A stretch of DNA of 63,147 nt, counting the filler, from Craspedostauros australis (Eukaryota): the NCBI GenBank assembly GCA_030167865.1. It is 5 parts of 5 records of this genome, joined end to end, with 100 filler letters (N's around TTAATTAATTAA, not from the genome) between each part and the next. Parts side by side here need not be neighbours in the genome. Positions count along the whole stretch, not along the records: positions 29,295 to 36,228 come from JALAGF010004217.1; positions 36,329 to 63,147 come from JALAGF010004218.1; 3 more parts are not named here. One strand, given 5' to 3'. The position numbers were made by a program, and so were the translations under genes. Positions 32,301 to 43,037 of this stretch are shown here, piece by piece (position 1 is the stretch's first letter; each line of letters opens with the position of its first letter). The notes beneath the pieces were generated by a model. It worked only from the letters and a program-made list of their open reading frames with translations. It had not been told where the DNA came from and did not search any database.

Positions 32301-34920
32301 CACCGGATGGGCTTCTGAGAGAGAACGAGTGGCCCAACCTTGTCATGGCCTTGAACAGCACAGAGCTGATCACGGCCCATATTGCCGGACCCGCTCCGTT
32401 ACCTTGACCTATGCCGTGCATGTCGCAGTCCGCTCCCTTCGTGTAATGCCGTTGGGAAACTCCGTACGCAGTACTGATGTGATGCTTGGCGTCTCGTAGC
32501 GTCTTGAACATGCTACGGGTGGCCGAGCTGTTGGCGCCTGCAGCTATCATGGCTGCGGCTGCGAAGTTGGGAACAATCCTGTCGTAGCAGGATTTCGCGT
32601 TGTTTGAACAGAATGAGACCGCCACCTTCCGTTGAAACCCTAAGTCGATAGAGAGACGCTTGTTGAGCGCGGCGCTCATGGCTGACCTCTGCTTGCGGCT
32701 CCCAAACTGATGCTCAGAAAGCCATCCGGCTGCCTCCGCTGTTGCCATCATTTGTTTGCCCAGTCTCTTGTTGTTCAAATTGAACTGAGCGTCCATCAAT
32801 TGGATGGTACGCATTTTCTCTATATTGAACACTTGCGCTTTTTTCAGTATTTCCACGTCGGTGATGCGTTGCCAGGGTGAGGGGGAGTGTCCAGTCTGGT
32901 AGGGGATCTCCCGCATGCGTGAATCGACTCGCGCCAGCGTCGAGGAAATCGCTGATGCCTTGTAGTGCCCAAAGTGGGGGCAGCTCGGCTCAGAGTTGGT
33001 CAGTTCAGTCTGCTTCTTCCATGCTTTTACATGATCTTCGACTGACAGCTCTGACACGTCTGGTGGCACCGGTTCCAACGACTCCAGCAAAACCTGTATC
33101 ATTGGATCAATCGACTCTGGAATCTGGGCGCCGGCCTTTATCAGTTGGGGTGCCAGCTGTGGGCACCATATCCTGTCCATGAACTTCTTGCCTTCACCCG
33201 TCATGCATGGAGTACGGTTTGCTTGGGAGAATCGTTTCTTATTCTCTCGTATACATGCAGTGACTATCTCGTGTTGATCGTTGCACTCATGTACCTGGCC
33301 ACTGTCGTCTGTGAACAGCACCTTGGTAGTCATGGACTTGCCACTTCCGAAGACGGCACGCAGCCGTCGCGCTTGCTCTCGCTGTTTCTCTCGATTCAGC
33401 AGCAGATGCAATGCCGATTCGTATTCCTGCTCTTTTGCGTCGTGCCGTTGTCGTGCCAATTGTACCAGATAGTCCTGCCTTGCTCTGTCGTGATCCTTCT
33501 TTTGTGCGTAGTAGGTCCTGTATGCCTCTACGCGCATCTGCTGGGCGTGCTGGAGTGACGTACTTTCTGGGAGGGCCGTTTTTCGGCGGGTGCGCAGGCG
33601 TAGGGATGAACTCACTTTCACGCCGGCTTGTTGCTTCACCTCCAGGGTCCAATGCTTGATCGCGTCACGTGAATGCTGTATTTCCGGGGACCATGATACG
33701 CAACCCATCTTAAGCTTTCGACAGCTTTTCTCCGCGGATCTGCGCATCTGGTGGATCTGATCCAGAAGCTTGTCGAACTGCGTTCGTTGTGTAATCGTCA
33801 GCGTCCATCCTTGTCGTTTCACCGTTGTCCACATCTTCTCCACTCGTTGGGGGATGTTGTGCCGGGCAAACTCTTCAAAGAGTGCATCATTGTATCTCTG
33901 GACTACTCGAGGGTCGCTCAGCACCAACCGTCGTGGGGATTTGGTCTTGACTGGCCTGATTCCCGCGCCTAGGATCTGCGCGAAACTGACATCTGCCCAA
34001 ATCGCTCGGTGGTCCGAAGGGATGGCGGCGCCAAAGGCAAGGTATCCCGCGCTCTCGATTTGTACCCCTTCAGAGGTGTATATCGCATCGATGGGTGTTC
34101 CTTCGCGATTCCGTTGTTGAGTGGCCTGTCTGGCCTCACTTCCCACCCGCGCTTCAACTGCATTCTTCATTCCGACAGCGTGTAGTTGCTGGGCGGTAGC
34201 GCTGTCCATCACATCGTCGTTGAGGTCAACGCCCATAATGATCGTGTCGCCTTGGGACCTCCATCTCCTCAGTTCTTCCAGTAGATCTTGTATCCATGCT
34301 TCGTGCGGGTTATCGACTCGTCCTTCTGCGTTCAACACTCTGGACTGTTGTGCCCAGACCGTGTTGTCGCCGCTGGTCGAGCGGCATGGACGGTAAGCCG
34401 CTATCGTCCTCAGCATCCTTCCTGCTTTGCCTTCCGATAGGGTCCAACACCATCTTCCCATCCCGCTTTCGTCGACTCCGCTTTGGAATGTTCGGGCGGC
34501 CATCTGGGCGGTAAGCACCGTTCCTGCGCCTCCGTAAATCCTTGGGTCTCTTTTTGGTTCATGCGTGTTGTATGCGAACACGTGCTTTGACCTGGGTATT
34601 GGTGATCTGGCTCTTTCCGACCATTGATCTTGAGGCCGGACATGGTCCCACCGAATGTTGGTTTCCGCCATGCAGAGCACGTCGAGTCCGCTCGTTTGGA
34701 CGAATTCGAAGATCTCGTCGTTCTTCTGTTGATACGCGTGAATCGGGATCTGAGATGCATTCTGGAACACGATCCTTATCGTGTCCTGGGTTTTAGTCCC
34801 CATCGCATCCCCGCAAGCATCGTTTAGACTGCTCGCTATTGTGTTGGCTGTGGCAGACATCATGTCGTCGCTATTACTCGGTGGTACGGACTTTCGTGTC
34901 TGGCTGTTGCCGGTTGTCAT
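29395..34920 (-). CDS. LINE ORF2 (APE endonuclease, RT, RNase H, CCHC), copy A
   Basis: 1841-aa translation identical to 37512-43037. Confidence 0.95.
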   Translation of the reverse strand: MTTGNSQTRKSVPPSNSDDMMSATANTIASSLNDACGDAMGTKTQDTIRIVFQNASQIPIHAYQQKNDEIFEFVQTSGLDVLCMAETNIRWDHVRPQDQWSERARSPIPRSKHVFAYNTHEPKRDPRIYGGAGTVLTAQMAARTFQSGVDESGMGRWCWTLSEGKAGRMLRTIAAYRPCRSTSGDNTVWAQQSRVLNAEGRVDNPHEAWIQDLLEELRRWRSQGDTIIMGVDLNDDVMDSATAQQLHAVGMKNAVEARVGSEARQATQQRNREGTPIDAIYTSEGVQIESAGYLAFGAAIPSDHRAIWADVSFAQILGAGIRPVKTKSPRRLVLSDPRVVQRYNDALFEEFARHNIPQRVEKMWTTVKRQGWTLTITQRTQFDKLLDQIHQMRRSAEKSCRKLKMGCVSWSPEIQHSRDAIKHWTLEVKQQAGVKVSSSLRLRTRRKTALPESTSLQHAQQMRVEAYRTYYAQKKDHDRARQDYLVQLARQRHDAKEQEYESALHLLLNREKQREQARRLRAVFGSGKSMTTKVLFTDDSGQVHECNDQHEIVTACIRENKKRFSQANRTPCMTGEGKKFMDRIWCPQLAPQLIKAGAQIPESIDPMIQVLLESLEPVPPDVSELSVEDHVKAWKKQTELTNSEPSCPHFGHYKASAISSTLARVDSRMREIPYQTGHSPSPWQRITDVEILKKAQVFNIEKMRTIQLMDAQFNLNNKRLGKQMMATAEAAGWLSEHQFGSRKQRSAMSAALNKRLSIDLGFQRKVAVSFCSNNAKSCYDRIVPNFAAAAMIAAGANSSATRSMFKTLRDAKHHISTAYGVSQRHYTKGADCDMHGIGQGNGAGPAIWAVISSVLFKAMTRLGHSFSLRSPSGEALPILGSAFVDDTDLVRLERRRKDSADTEAFKRIILDWGNLLRVTGGALVPEKSAWWAMQPRFDKDKWEWHDANGGTDIRIDDGHGGSADIPRRAMDQPLFTLGVFIDFDGDSDSQVQAMRKKAEDFGGRMRTAQISPEDARSALTLQFMKSIEYAMPLVQLAPSEWRYIMAPALLAALPKMGCSRNMPRDLVYGTKSLGGLGIRNPANSQLIAQIRLVFDEVHRGTQTGAMFKCSIQALKEELGIGGSLFQYPFGVIGHCATRCWITGLWRQLHGTGIEVIETTESRETQREGDSFLMDLWIRQRVKGAQLYHLNMIRQKLGVLRLSDIVSADGTRIVPGVLDGTFESSTPQPWARQPKRLPSGWWREWQRWCKSLCFHGLLLHHPLGRWLRDDGSWRWWKAPYQDDIFDISVSPFLQYLPNPWRRTRRQQYTRTRAVAEIPEGAKRVSVVVTEQGIEWNGHLGLSSVPDEPADAPFPFEDMRGAMSLQEAARAANRGTLVMVSDGSFKDQRGTSVSTAYDTESERYIYCHTFVPGPPTVQSAYRSELAGIWASLAMLSIMPGLMPSAVVTIALDGKQALTQAQKDDLRPSQKDWDILTEIQMLRHEIPASLKWEWVKGHQDDTGKKLTLLEQLNVEVDRRAKQFWETTISRPHNTQWATDTVRWRIRLRGSDHSHVDPDAINELLQSNSAMQYWSSKFKWNPTQLSQVDWQTYKLARKSKSNRSSTTFITKWSSGFVGVNRKLFQTGQLPSSKCKFCNQEETTQHVLKCSEHLGAWKEATDGLVGRMLEIGTSPRLVSNMRVGLVKWRRNARSSDAQSTVGWYPLLLGFLHTDWIRQQELWMKTHECRYPDAAVWAREVVRWIWKVPWEVWLARNAKVHDEENHPTMRDLRRQVQRLLQSASKDMNDSELHLLRVGRIVESGTEEQMRQWVNSMIAVQATVKARRRSRTMQAERQAMASWLGLGS

Positions 34921-35110
34921 TGTTGTTGTTGTTCCACTATTTTAGTGGTGGTGCCTCTCTTCGCGGAGGGTTTTGTGTGGTCGGGTCTGGTACCCGTCGA
35001 CTAGTGCTTGTTGTTCTTTCTTGTTGATTGCGTTGTTGTTGTGTTGTGTCTTTGCTGTTCGCGTCCTTTTCGCTGTTCGTGTGTTTTCCGATTCTCTCTT
35101 TCCTTTTTTT

Positions 35111-36228
35111 CTACTCCTGGCTTGGGGCGCCGGTGCCATCTGGTGAAATTGGATCTGTCTCCATAGGATCTTCTGTGTCCTCTCTGTGTGGAACGGTCTC
35201 CTCCCTTCCATCTTCTTCGGTAACACTCGAGTTGTCACCGCTGTCTTCGTCTTCTCTGGACTTTTGTCCCTTCATCTGGTCGCTCTCATCGGTGTCCGGG
35301 CTGTCTTCCTCCAGGATGGGGTCGTCGGGATTGAAATCGGTCTTGGCCGATGGGTCCGTCGCGAACTGCTCTGGTCTGGCCGACTTGTGCCGCACCGTGT
35401 TGCCGATGGCAGAGGAGATGTGAGCGCTCTGTTGTGCCATTGTCGCGGTCGCGAATGTGGCGACTGTGCCGTTGTCCCCGTTTTGGGTTCTCGGGTTGGC
35501 TGTCATCTCAACTTCGAATTTCAGCAAGGGTACCGGCTTCATCTTCCCGTTTTCATCCACGTACCCCTCCCATCCGACGTCCTCTGCTGACAGCCCGATC
35601 ATCTCGTCCTCGTCCAGGTCTAGGAAGTGTGCGCCGGCCTGCGCCAGCTGTCCCATTTCAAGTTCCTCCTTGCTTCTGACCAGCCCGGTTTCCCAGTCGA
35701 CCTCGTAGTACTCATTCTGGGCCCAGGATTCCGGAGTGAACCATCCTCTGCACTTGTGGTCGAGCTTCTTGCTGCAGAAGAACGGCAGTTTGGAGATCAG
35801 CTCTCTTGCTTCCACCTGTCTCTTGGGATGAAAGACGAAGAAGGTACGGTTGCGGTCAGACCGGTCTGTGTCGACCGAGACGAACAACGTGTAGTCAGGA
35901 TCGTCAAATGATCTGAGGTTCATGATGACTTCTCGTAGGGTGAGCCTCCAGATTGGTACCTCCACGTCCAGCTGCATGATGGAGTACACGCCCTGCGTCA
36001 CCATTTTCTTTTCAAAGGCGACTTGGTGTGCTGCCATCGTGCTGAGATCTGCAAGTTCGGACGGCGGGTGATGAAAGCGTTGGTCCAGCGCATCTGGCAT
36101 GAAACGCATCTGTTTCCCGAGCAATCGAACCGTATCTGCGCGACTGTTATTAGCGCACGCTAAATCTCTAACAATAGCGACACCCGTCGACCAATCAGAA
36201 ATCTCCACTTTTCTTACCTTTTCCGTTC
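35111..36228 (-). CDS. LINE ORF1, 5'-truncated by the gap, copy A
   Basis: Open frame immediately upstream of ORF2 on the same strand, with an acidic C-terminus. Confidence 0.8.
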
Positions 36229-36328
36229 NNNNNNNNNNNNNNNNNNNNNNNNNNNNNNNNNNNNNNNNNNNNTTAATTAATTAANNNNNNNNNNNNNNNN
36301 NNNNNNNNNNNNNNNNNNNNNNNNNNNN
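36229..36328. other. Artificial scaffold spacer
   Basis: N44-TTAATTAATTAA-N44. Confidence 0.98.
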
Positions 36329-37321
36329 TTCATGCCAGATGCGCTGGACCAACGCTTTCATCACCCGCCGTCCGAACTTGCAGATCTCAGCACGATGGCA
36401 GCACACCAAGTCGCCTTTGAAAAGAAAATGGTGACGCAGGGCGTGTACTCCATCATGCAGCTGGACGTGGAGGTACCAATCTGGAGGCTCACCCTACGAG
36501 AAGTCATCATGAACCTCAGATCATTTGACGATCCTGACTACACGTTGTTCGTCTCGGTCGACACAGACCGGTCTGACCGCAACCGTACCTTCTTCGTCTT
36601 TCATCCCAAGAGACAGGTGGAAGCAAGAGAGCTGATCTCCAAACTGCCGTTCTTCTGCAGCAAGAAGCTCGACCACAAGTGCAGAGGATGGTTCACTCCG
36701 GAATCCTGGGCCCAGAATGAGTACTACGAGGTCGACTGGGAAACCGGGCTGGTCAGAAGCAAGGAGGAACTTGAAATGGGACAGCTGGCGCAGGCCGGCG
36801 CACACTTCCTAGACCTGGACGAGGACGAGATGATCGGGCTGTCAGCAGAGGACGTCGGATGGGAGGGGTACGTGGATGAAAACGGGAAGATGAAGCCGGT
36901 ACCCTTGCTGAAATTCGAAGTTGAGATGACAGCCAACCCGAGAACCCAAAACGGGGACAACGGCACAGTCGCCACATTCGCGACCGCGACAATGGCACAA
37001 CAGAGCGCTCACATCTCCTCTGCCATCGGCAACACGGTGCGGCACAAGTCGGCCAGACCAGAGCAGTTCGCGACGGACCCATCGGCCAAGACCGATTTCA
37101 ATCCCGACGACCCCATCCTGGAGGAAGACAGCCCGGACACCGATGAGAGCGACCAGATGAAGGGACAAAAGTCCAGAGAAGACGAAGACAGCGGTGACAA
37201 CTCGAGTGTTACCGAAGAAGATGGAAGGGAGGAGACCGTTCCACACAGAGAGGACACAGAAGATCCTATGGAGACAGATCCAATTTCACCAGATGGCACC
37301 GGCGCCCCAAGCCAGGAGTAG
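36329..37321 (+). CDS. LINE ORF1, partial, copy B
   Basis: Same translation as copy A ORF1. Confidence 0.8.
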   Translation, partial: FMPDALDQRFHHPPSELADLSTMAAHQVAFEKKMVTQGVYSIMQLDVEVPIWRLTLREVIMNLRSFDDPDYTLFVSVDTDRSDRNRTFFVFHPKRQVEARELISKLPFFCSKKLDHKCRGWFTPESWAQNEYYEVDWETGLVRSKEELEMGQLAQAGAHFLDLDEDEMIGLSAEDVGWEGYVDENGKMKPVPLLKFEVEMTANPRTQNGDNGTVATFATATMAQQSAHISSAIGNTVRHKSARPEQFATDPSAKTDFNPDDPILEEDSPDTDESDQMKGQKSREDEDSGDNSSVTEEDGREETVPHREDTEDPMETDPISPDGTGAPSQE

Positions 37322-37511
37322 AAAAAAAGGAAAGAGAGAATCGGAAAACACACGAACAGCGAAAAGGACGCGAACAGCAAAGACACAACACAACAACAAC
37401 GCAATCAACAAGAAAGAACAACAAGCACTAGTCGACGGGTACCAGACCCGACCACACAAAACCCTCCGCGAAGAGAGGCACCACCACTAAAATAGTGGAA
37501 CAACAACAACA

Positions 37512-40500
37512 ATGACAACCGGCAACAGCCAGACACGAAAGTCCGTACCACCGAGTAATAGCGACGACATGATGTCTGCCACAGCCAACACAATAGCGAG
37601 CAGTCTAAACGATGCTTGCGGGGATGCGATGGGGACTAAAACCCAGGACACGATAAGGATCGTGTTCCAGAATGCATCTCAGATCCCGATTCACGCGTAT
37701 CAACAGAAGAACGACGAGATCTTCGAATTCGTCCAAACGAGCGGACTCGACGTGCTCTGCATGGCGGAAACCAACATTCGGTGGGACCATGTCCGGCCTC
37801 AAGATCAATGGTCGGAAAGAGCCAGATCACCAATACCCAGGTCAAAGCACGTGTTCGCATACAACACGCATGAACCAAAAAGAGACCCAAGGATTTACGG
37901 AGGCGCAGGAACGGTGCTTACCGCCCAGATGGCCGCCCGAACATTCCAAAGCGGAGTCGACGAAAGCGGGATGGGAAGATGGTGTTGGACCCTATCGGAA
38001 GGCAAAGCAGGAAGGATGCTGAGGACGATAGCGGCTTACCGTCCATGCCGCTCGACCAGCGGCGACAACACGGTCTGGGCACAACAGTCCAGAGTGTTGA
38101 ACGCAGAAGGACGAGTCGATAACCCGCACGAAGCATGGATACAAGATCTACTGGAAGAACTGAGGAGATGGAGGTCCCAAGGCGACACGATCATTATGGG
38201 CGTTGACCTCAACGACGATGTGATGGACAGCGCTACCGCCCAGCAACTACACGCTGTCGGAATGAAGAATGCAGTTGAAGCGCGGGTGGGAAGTGAGGCC
38301 AGACAGGCCACTCAACAACGGAATCGCGAAGGAACACCCATCGATGCGATATACACCTCTGAAGGGGTACAAATCGAGAGCGCGGGATACCTTGCCTTTG
38401 GCGCCGCCATCCCTTCGGACCACCGAGCGATTTGGGCAGATGTCAGTTTCGCGCAGATCCTAGGCGCGGGAATCAGGCCAGTCAAGACCAAATCCCCACG
38501 ACGGTTGGTGCTGAGCGACCCTCGAGTAGTCCAGAGATACAATGATGCACTCTTTGAAGAGTTTGCCCGGCACAACATCCCCCAACGAGTGGAGAAGATG
38601 TGGACAACGGTGAAACGACAAGGATGGACGCTGACGATTACACAACGAACGCAGTTCGACAAGCTTCTGGATCAGATCCACCAGATGCGCAGATCCGCGG
38701 AGAAAAGCTGTCGAAAGCTTAAGATGGGTTGCGTATCATGGTCCCCGGAAATACAGCATTCACGTGACGCGATCAAGCATTGGACCCTGGAGGTGAAGCA
38801 ACAAGCCGGCGTGAAAGTGAGTTCATCCCTACGCCTGCGCACCCGCCGAAAAACGGCCCTCCCAGAAAGTACGTCACTCCAGCACGCCCAGCAGATGCGC
38901 GTAGAGGCATACAGGACCTACTACGCACAAAAGAAGGATCACGACAGAGCAAGGCAGGACTATCTGGTACAATTGGCACGACAACGGCACGACGCAAAAG
39001 AGCAGGAATACGAATCGGCATTGCATCTGCTGCTGAATCGAGAGAAACAGCGAGAGCAAGCGCGACGGCTGCGTGCCGTCTTCGGAAGTGGCAAGTCCAT
39101 GACTACCAAGGTGCTGTTCACAGACGACAGTGGCCAGGTACATGAGTGCAACGATCAACACGAGATAGTCACTGCATGTATACGAGAGAATAAGAAACGA
39201 TTCTCCCAAGCAAACCGTACTCCATGCATGACGGGTGAAGGCAAGAAGTTCATGGACAGGATATGGTGCCCACAGCTGGCACCCCAACTGATAAAGGCCG
39301 GCGCCCAGATTCCAGAGTCGATTGATCCAATGATACAGGTTTTGCTGGAGTCGTTGGAACCGGTGCCACCAGACGTGTCAGAGCTGTCAGTCGAAGATCA
39401 TGTAAAAGCATGGAAGAAGCAGACTGAACTGACCAACTCTGAGCCGAGCTGCCCCCACTTTGGGCACTACAAGGCATCAGCGATTTCCTCGACGCTGGCG
39501 CGAGTCGATTCACGCATGCGGGAGATCCCCTACCAGACTGGACACTCCCCCTCACCCTGGCAACGCATCACCGACGTGGAAATACTGAAAAAAGCGCAAG
39601 TGTTCAATATAGAGAAAATGCGTACCATCCAATTGATGGACGCTCAGTTCAATTTGAACAACAAGAGACTGGGCAAACAAATGATGGCAACAGCGGAGGC
39701 AGCCGGATGGCTTTCTGAGCATCAGTTTGGGAGCCGCAAGCAGAGGTCAGCCATGAGCGCCGCGCTCAACAAGCGTCTCTCTATCGACTTAGGGTTTCAA
39801 CGGAAGGTGGCGGTCTCATTCTGTTCAAACAACGCGAAATCCTGCTACGACAGGATTGTTCCCAACTTCGCAGCCGCAGCCATGATAGCTGCAGGCGCCA
39901 ACAGCTCGGCCACCCGTAGCATGTTCAAGACGCTACGAGACGCCAAGCATCACATCAGTACTGCGTACGGAGTTTCCCAACGGCATTACACGAAGGGAGC
40001 GGACTGCGACATGCACGGCATAGGTCAAGGTAACGGAGCGGGTCCGGCAATATGGGCCGTGATCAGCTCTGTGCTGTTCAAGGCCATGACAAGGTTGGGC
40101 CACTCGTTCTCTCTCAGAAGCCCATCCGGTGAAGCCTTGCCCATCCTGGGTTCGGCGTTCGTCGACGACACTGACCTGGTCAGACTTGAGCGACGCCGGA
40201 AGGACTCAGCCGATACGGAAGCATTCAAACGCATCATACTCGACTGGGGGAACTTGTTACGGGTCACTGGAGGTGCTCTGGTGCCAGAGAAGTCCGCATG
40301 GTGGGCCATGCAACCCCGGTTCGACAAAGACAAATGGGAGTGGCACGACGCCAACGGCGGTACCGACATACGGATCGACGACGGCCACGGAGGAAGCGCC
40401 GACATCCCACGAAGGGCGATGGACCAACCCTTGTTCACCCTGGGGGTGTTTATTGACTTCGACGGCGACAGTGACTCGCAAGTTCAAGCTATGCGGAAGA

Positions 40501-43037
40501 AGGCTGAGGATTTTGGAGGGAGGATGCGCACGGCGCAGATTTCCCCGGAAGATGCCCGATCTGCCTTAACACTGCAGTTCATGAAGTCCATCGAGTACGC
40601 CATGCCTCTCGTTCAGCTTGCCCCGAGTGAGTGGAGATACATAATGGCCCCGGCCTTGTTGGCCGCGCTACCCAAGATGGGTTGCTCTAGAAATATGCCG
40701 AGAGATTTGGTGTACGGAACAAAGTCGCTCGGAGGGTTGGGAATCAGGAATCCCGCCAACTCCCAGTTGATAGCGCAAATCCGCCTTGTCTTTGACGAAG
40801 TGCACCGAGGAACACAAACAGGCGCAATGTTCAAGTGCTCGATCCAGGCCCTGAAGGAGGAGCTCGGAATCGGTGGCTCGTTGTTTCAGTATCCATTCGG
40901 AGTTATCGGTCACTGCGCAACCCGTTGCTGGATCACAGGTCTATGGCGGCAGCTTCACGGCACCGGCATAGAGGTGATCGAAACGACGGAGTCGAGAGAA
41001 ACGCAGCGGGAAGGCGACTCTTTCCTTATGGACCTGTGGATTCGCCAGAGAGTGAAAGGGGCGCAGCTGTATCATCTCAACATGATACGACAGAAGTTGG
41101 GAGTCCTACGACTTTCGGATATTGTGTCAGCCGACGGCACCAGAATAGTGCCAGGAGTACTTGACGGAACTTTTGAGTCAAGTACGCCCCAGCCGTGGGC
41201 GCGACAGCCGAAACGGTTACCGAGTGGGTGGTGGAGAGAATGGCAACGATGGTGCAAGTCCTTGTGCTTTCACGGTCTTCTTCTACATCATCCGCTTGGA
41301 AGATGGCTACGCGACGACGGATCTTGGCGGTGGTGGAAAGCTCCCTATCAGGATGATATCTTTGACATATCCGTTTCTCCATTCTTGCAATACTTACCGA
41401 ATCCTTGGCGGCGCACGCGGCGACAGCAATACACCCGCACAAGAGCCGTCGCGGAAATCCCCGAGGGAGCCAAACGCGTCTCGGTGGTAGTCACGGAGCA
41501 GGGTATCGAATGGAATGGGCACCTTGGTCTCTCAAGCGTCCCAGACGAGCCCGCTGACGCTCCGTTCCCGTTCGAAGATATGCGAGGAGCCATGTCCCTT
41601 CAGGAAGCGGCCAGAGCAGCGAATCGGGGAACTCTAGTGATGGTGAGCGACGGGTCATTCAAGGACCAACGCGGCACATCGGTCTCTACAGCCTATGACA
41701 CGGAGTCCGAGCGATACATCTACTGCCACACGTTTGTCCCAGGTCCCCCAACCGTCCAAAGTGCTTACCGCAGTGAGCTGGCAGGGATTTGGGCATCGCT
41801 TGCCATGCTTAGCATTATGCCCGGGCTGATGCCTAGCGCGGTTGTTACTATCGCGCTCGACGGCAAACAGGCGCTCACGCAGGCGCAAAAGGACGATCTG
41901 CGGCCCAGTCAGAAGGATTGGGACATTCTCACGGAGATTCAGATGCTAAGACATGAGATACCGGCATCATTGAAATGGGAATGGGTCAAAGGCCACCAAG
42001 ACGACACCGGGAAGAAGCTAACTCTGCTCGAGCAGCTCAACGTGGAAGTCGATCGGAGAGCCAAACAATTTTGGGAAACCACCATATCACGGCCCCACAA
42101 CACGCAGTGGGCCACTGACACCGTTCGGTGGCGCATACGACTTCGCGGCAGTGATCACTCCCATGTGGATCCTGATGCCATTAACGAGCTACTACAGTCC
42201 AATTCGGCAATGCAGTACTGGTCTTCGAAGTTCAAATGGAACCCCACTCAGCTGAGCCAGGTCGACTGGCAAACCTACAAATTGGCGCGCAAGTCCAAGT
42301 CCAATCGAAGCTCCACGACGTTCATCACTAAATGGTCATCGGGTTTTGTTGGAGTCAACCGGAAATTGTTCCAGACGGGGCAACTGCCTTCATCCAAGTG
42401 CAAGTTCTGCAATCAGGAGGAGACGACTCAACACGTACTGAAGTGCTCAGAACACTTGGGCGCATGGAAAGAAGCCACGGACGGCCTTGTGGGCCGTATG
42501 CTGGAGATCGGAACGTCTCCTCGCCTGGTGAGCAACATGAGAGTGGGGCTGGTGAAATGGAGACGAAACGCGCGATCATCGGACGCCCAAAGTACCGTTG
42601 GTTGGTACCCGCTCCTGCTGGGATTTTTGCACACAGACTGGATCCGTCAACAAGAGCTATGGATGAAAACGCACGAGTGCCGATACCCGGACGCGGCGGT
42701 GTGGGCCAGAGAGGTGGTGCGATGGATATGGAAGGTGCCTTGGGAAGTGTGGTTGGCACGCAATGCAAAAGTACATGACGAAGAGAACCACCCGACAATG
42801 CGGGATCTGCGGCGACAGGTCCAGCGCCTTCTTCAAAGCGCGAGCAAGGATATGAACGATTCGGAGCTTCATCTACTCCGTGTAGGTCGTATCGTCGAAA
42901 GTGGCACAGAAGAGCAGATGAGACAGTGGGTGAATTCTATGATAGCCGTACAAGCGACGGTGAAAGCGCGGCGACGGTCACGAACAATGCAGGCTGAAAG
43001 GCAGGCAATGGCGTCGTGGCTAGGGCTGGGCTCATAG
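37512..43037 (+). CDS. LINE ORF2 (APE endonuclease, RT, RNase H, CCHC), copy B
   Basis: APE motifs FQN, MAETN, AAYRP, GVDLN, PIDAI and PSDH. RT motifs QFGSRK, AKSCYDRI, GIGQGNG and FVDDTD. RNase H motifs SDGSFK, YRSELAG, LDGKQA, WVKGHQDD and NVEVDRRAK. Zinc knuckle CKFC..ETTQHVLKC. Confidence 0.96.
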   Translation: MTTGNSQTRKSVPPSNSDDMMSATANTIASSLNDACGDAMGTKTQDTIRIVFQNASQIPIHAYQQKNDEIFEFVQTSGLDVLCMAETNIRWDHVRPQDQWSERARSPIPRSKHVFAYNTHEPKRDPRIYGGAGTVLTAQMAARTFQSGVDESGMGRWCWTLSEGKAGRMLRTIAAYRPCRSTSGDNTVWAQQSRVLNAEGRVDNPHEAWIQDLLEELRRWRSQGDTIIMGVDLNDDVMDSATAQQLHAVGMKNAVEARVGSEARQATQQRNREGTPIDAIYTSEGVQIESAGYLAFGAAIPSDHRAIWADVSFAQILGAGIRPVKTKSPRRLVLSDPRVVQRYNDALFEEFARHNIPQRVEKMWTTVKRQGWTLTITQRTQFDKLLDQIHQMRRSAEKSCRKLKMGCVSWSPEIQHSRDAIKHWTLEVKQQAGVKVSSSLRLRTRRKTALPESTSLQHAQQMRVEAYRTYYAQKKDHDRARQDYLVQLARQRHDAKEQEYESALHLLLNREKQREQARRLRAVFGSGKSMTTKVLFTDDSGQVHECNDQHEIVTACIRENKKRFSQANRTPCMTGEGKKFMDRIWCPQLAPQLIKAGAQIPESIDPMIQVLLESLEPVPPDVSELSVEDHVKAWKKQTELTNSEPSCPHFGHYKASAISSTLARVDSRMREIPYQTGHSPSPWQRITDVEILKKAQVFNIEKMRTIQLMDAQFNLNNKRLGKQMMATAEAAGWLSEHQFGSRKQRSAMSAALNKRLSIDLGFQRKVAVSFCSNNAKSCYDRIVPNFAAAAMIAAGANSSATRSMFKTLRDAKHHISTAYGVSQRHYTKGADCDMHGIGQGNGAGPAIWAVISSVLFKAMTRLGHSFSLRSPSGEALPILGSAFVDDTDLVRLERRRKDSADTEAFKRIILDWGNLLRVTGGALVPEKSAWWAMQPRFDKDKWEWHDANGGTDIRIDDGHGGSADIPRRAMDQPLFTLGVFIDFDGDSDSQVQAMRKKAEDFGGRMRTAQISPEDARSALTLQFMKSIEYAMPLVQLAPSEWRYIMAPALLAALPKMGCSRNMPRDLVYGTKSLGGLGIRNPANSQLIAQIRLVFDEVHRGTQTGAMFKCSIQALKEELGIGGSLFQYPFGVIGHCATRCWITGLWRQLHGTGIEVIETTESRETQREGDSFLMDLWIRQRVKGAQLYHLNMIRQKLGVLRLSDIVSADGTRIVPGVLDGTFESSTPQPWARQPKRLPSGWWREWQRWCKSLCFHGLLLHHPLGRWLRDDGSWRWWKAPYQDDIFDISVSPFLQYLPNPWRRTRRQQYTRTRAVAEIPEGAKRVSVVVTEQGIEWNGHLGLSSVPDEPADAPFPFEDMRGAMSLQEAARAANRGTLVMVSDGSFKDQRGTSVSTAYDTESERYIYCHTFVPGPPTVQSAYRSELAGIWASLAMLSIMPGLMPSAVVTIALDGKQALTQAQKDDLRPSQKDWDILTEIQMLRHEIPASLKWEWVKGHQDDTGKKLTLLEQLNVEVDRRAKQFWETTISRPHNTQWATDTVRWRIRLRGSDHSHVDPDAINELLQSNSAMQYWSSKFKWNPTQLSQVDWQTYKLARKSKSNRSSTTFITKWSSGFVGVNRKLFQTGQLPSSKCKFCNQEETTQHVLKCSEHLGAWKEATDGLVGRMLEIGTSPRLVSNMRVGLVKWRRNARSSDAQSTVGWYPLLLGFLHTDWIRQQELWMKTHECRYPDAAVWAREVVRWIWKVPWEVWLARNAKVHDEENHPTMRDLRRQVQRLLQSASKDMNDSELHLLRVGRIVESGTEEQMRQWVNSMIAVQATVKARRRSRTMQAERQAMASWLGLGS

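Larger units (their letters stand above)
29295..36228 (-). mobile_element. Non-LTR retrotransposon (Ambal-like LINE with RNase H), copy A, occupying the whole contig
   Basis: 29295-36103 is the reverse complement of 36329-43137, with 125 extra nt of ORF1. The contig begins exactly at the 3' tail (ATAATAA). Confidence 0.92.
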
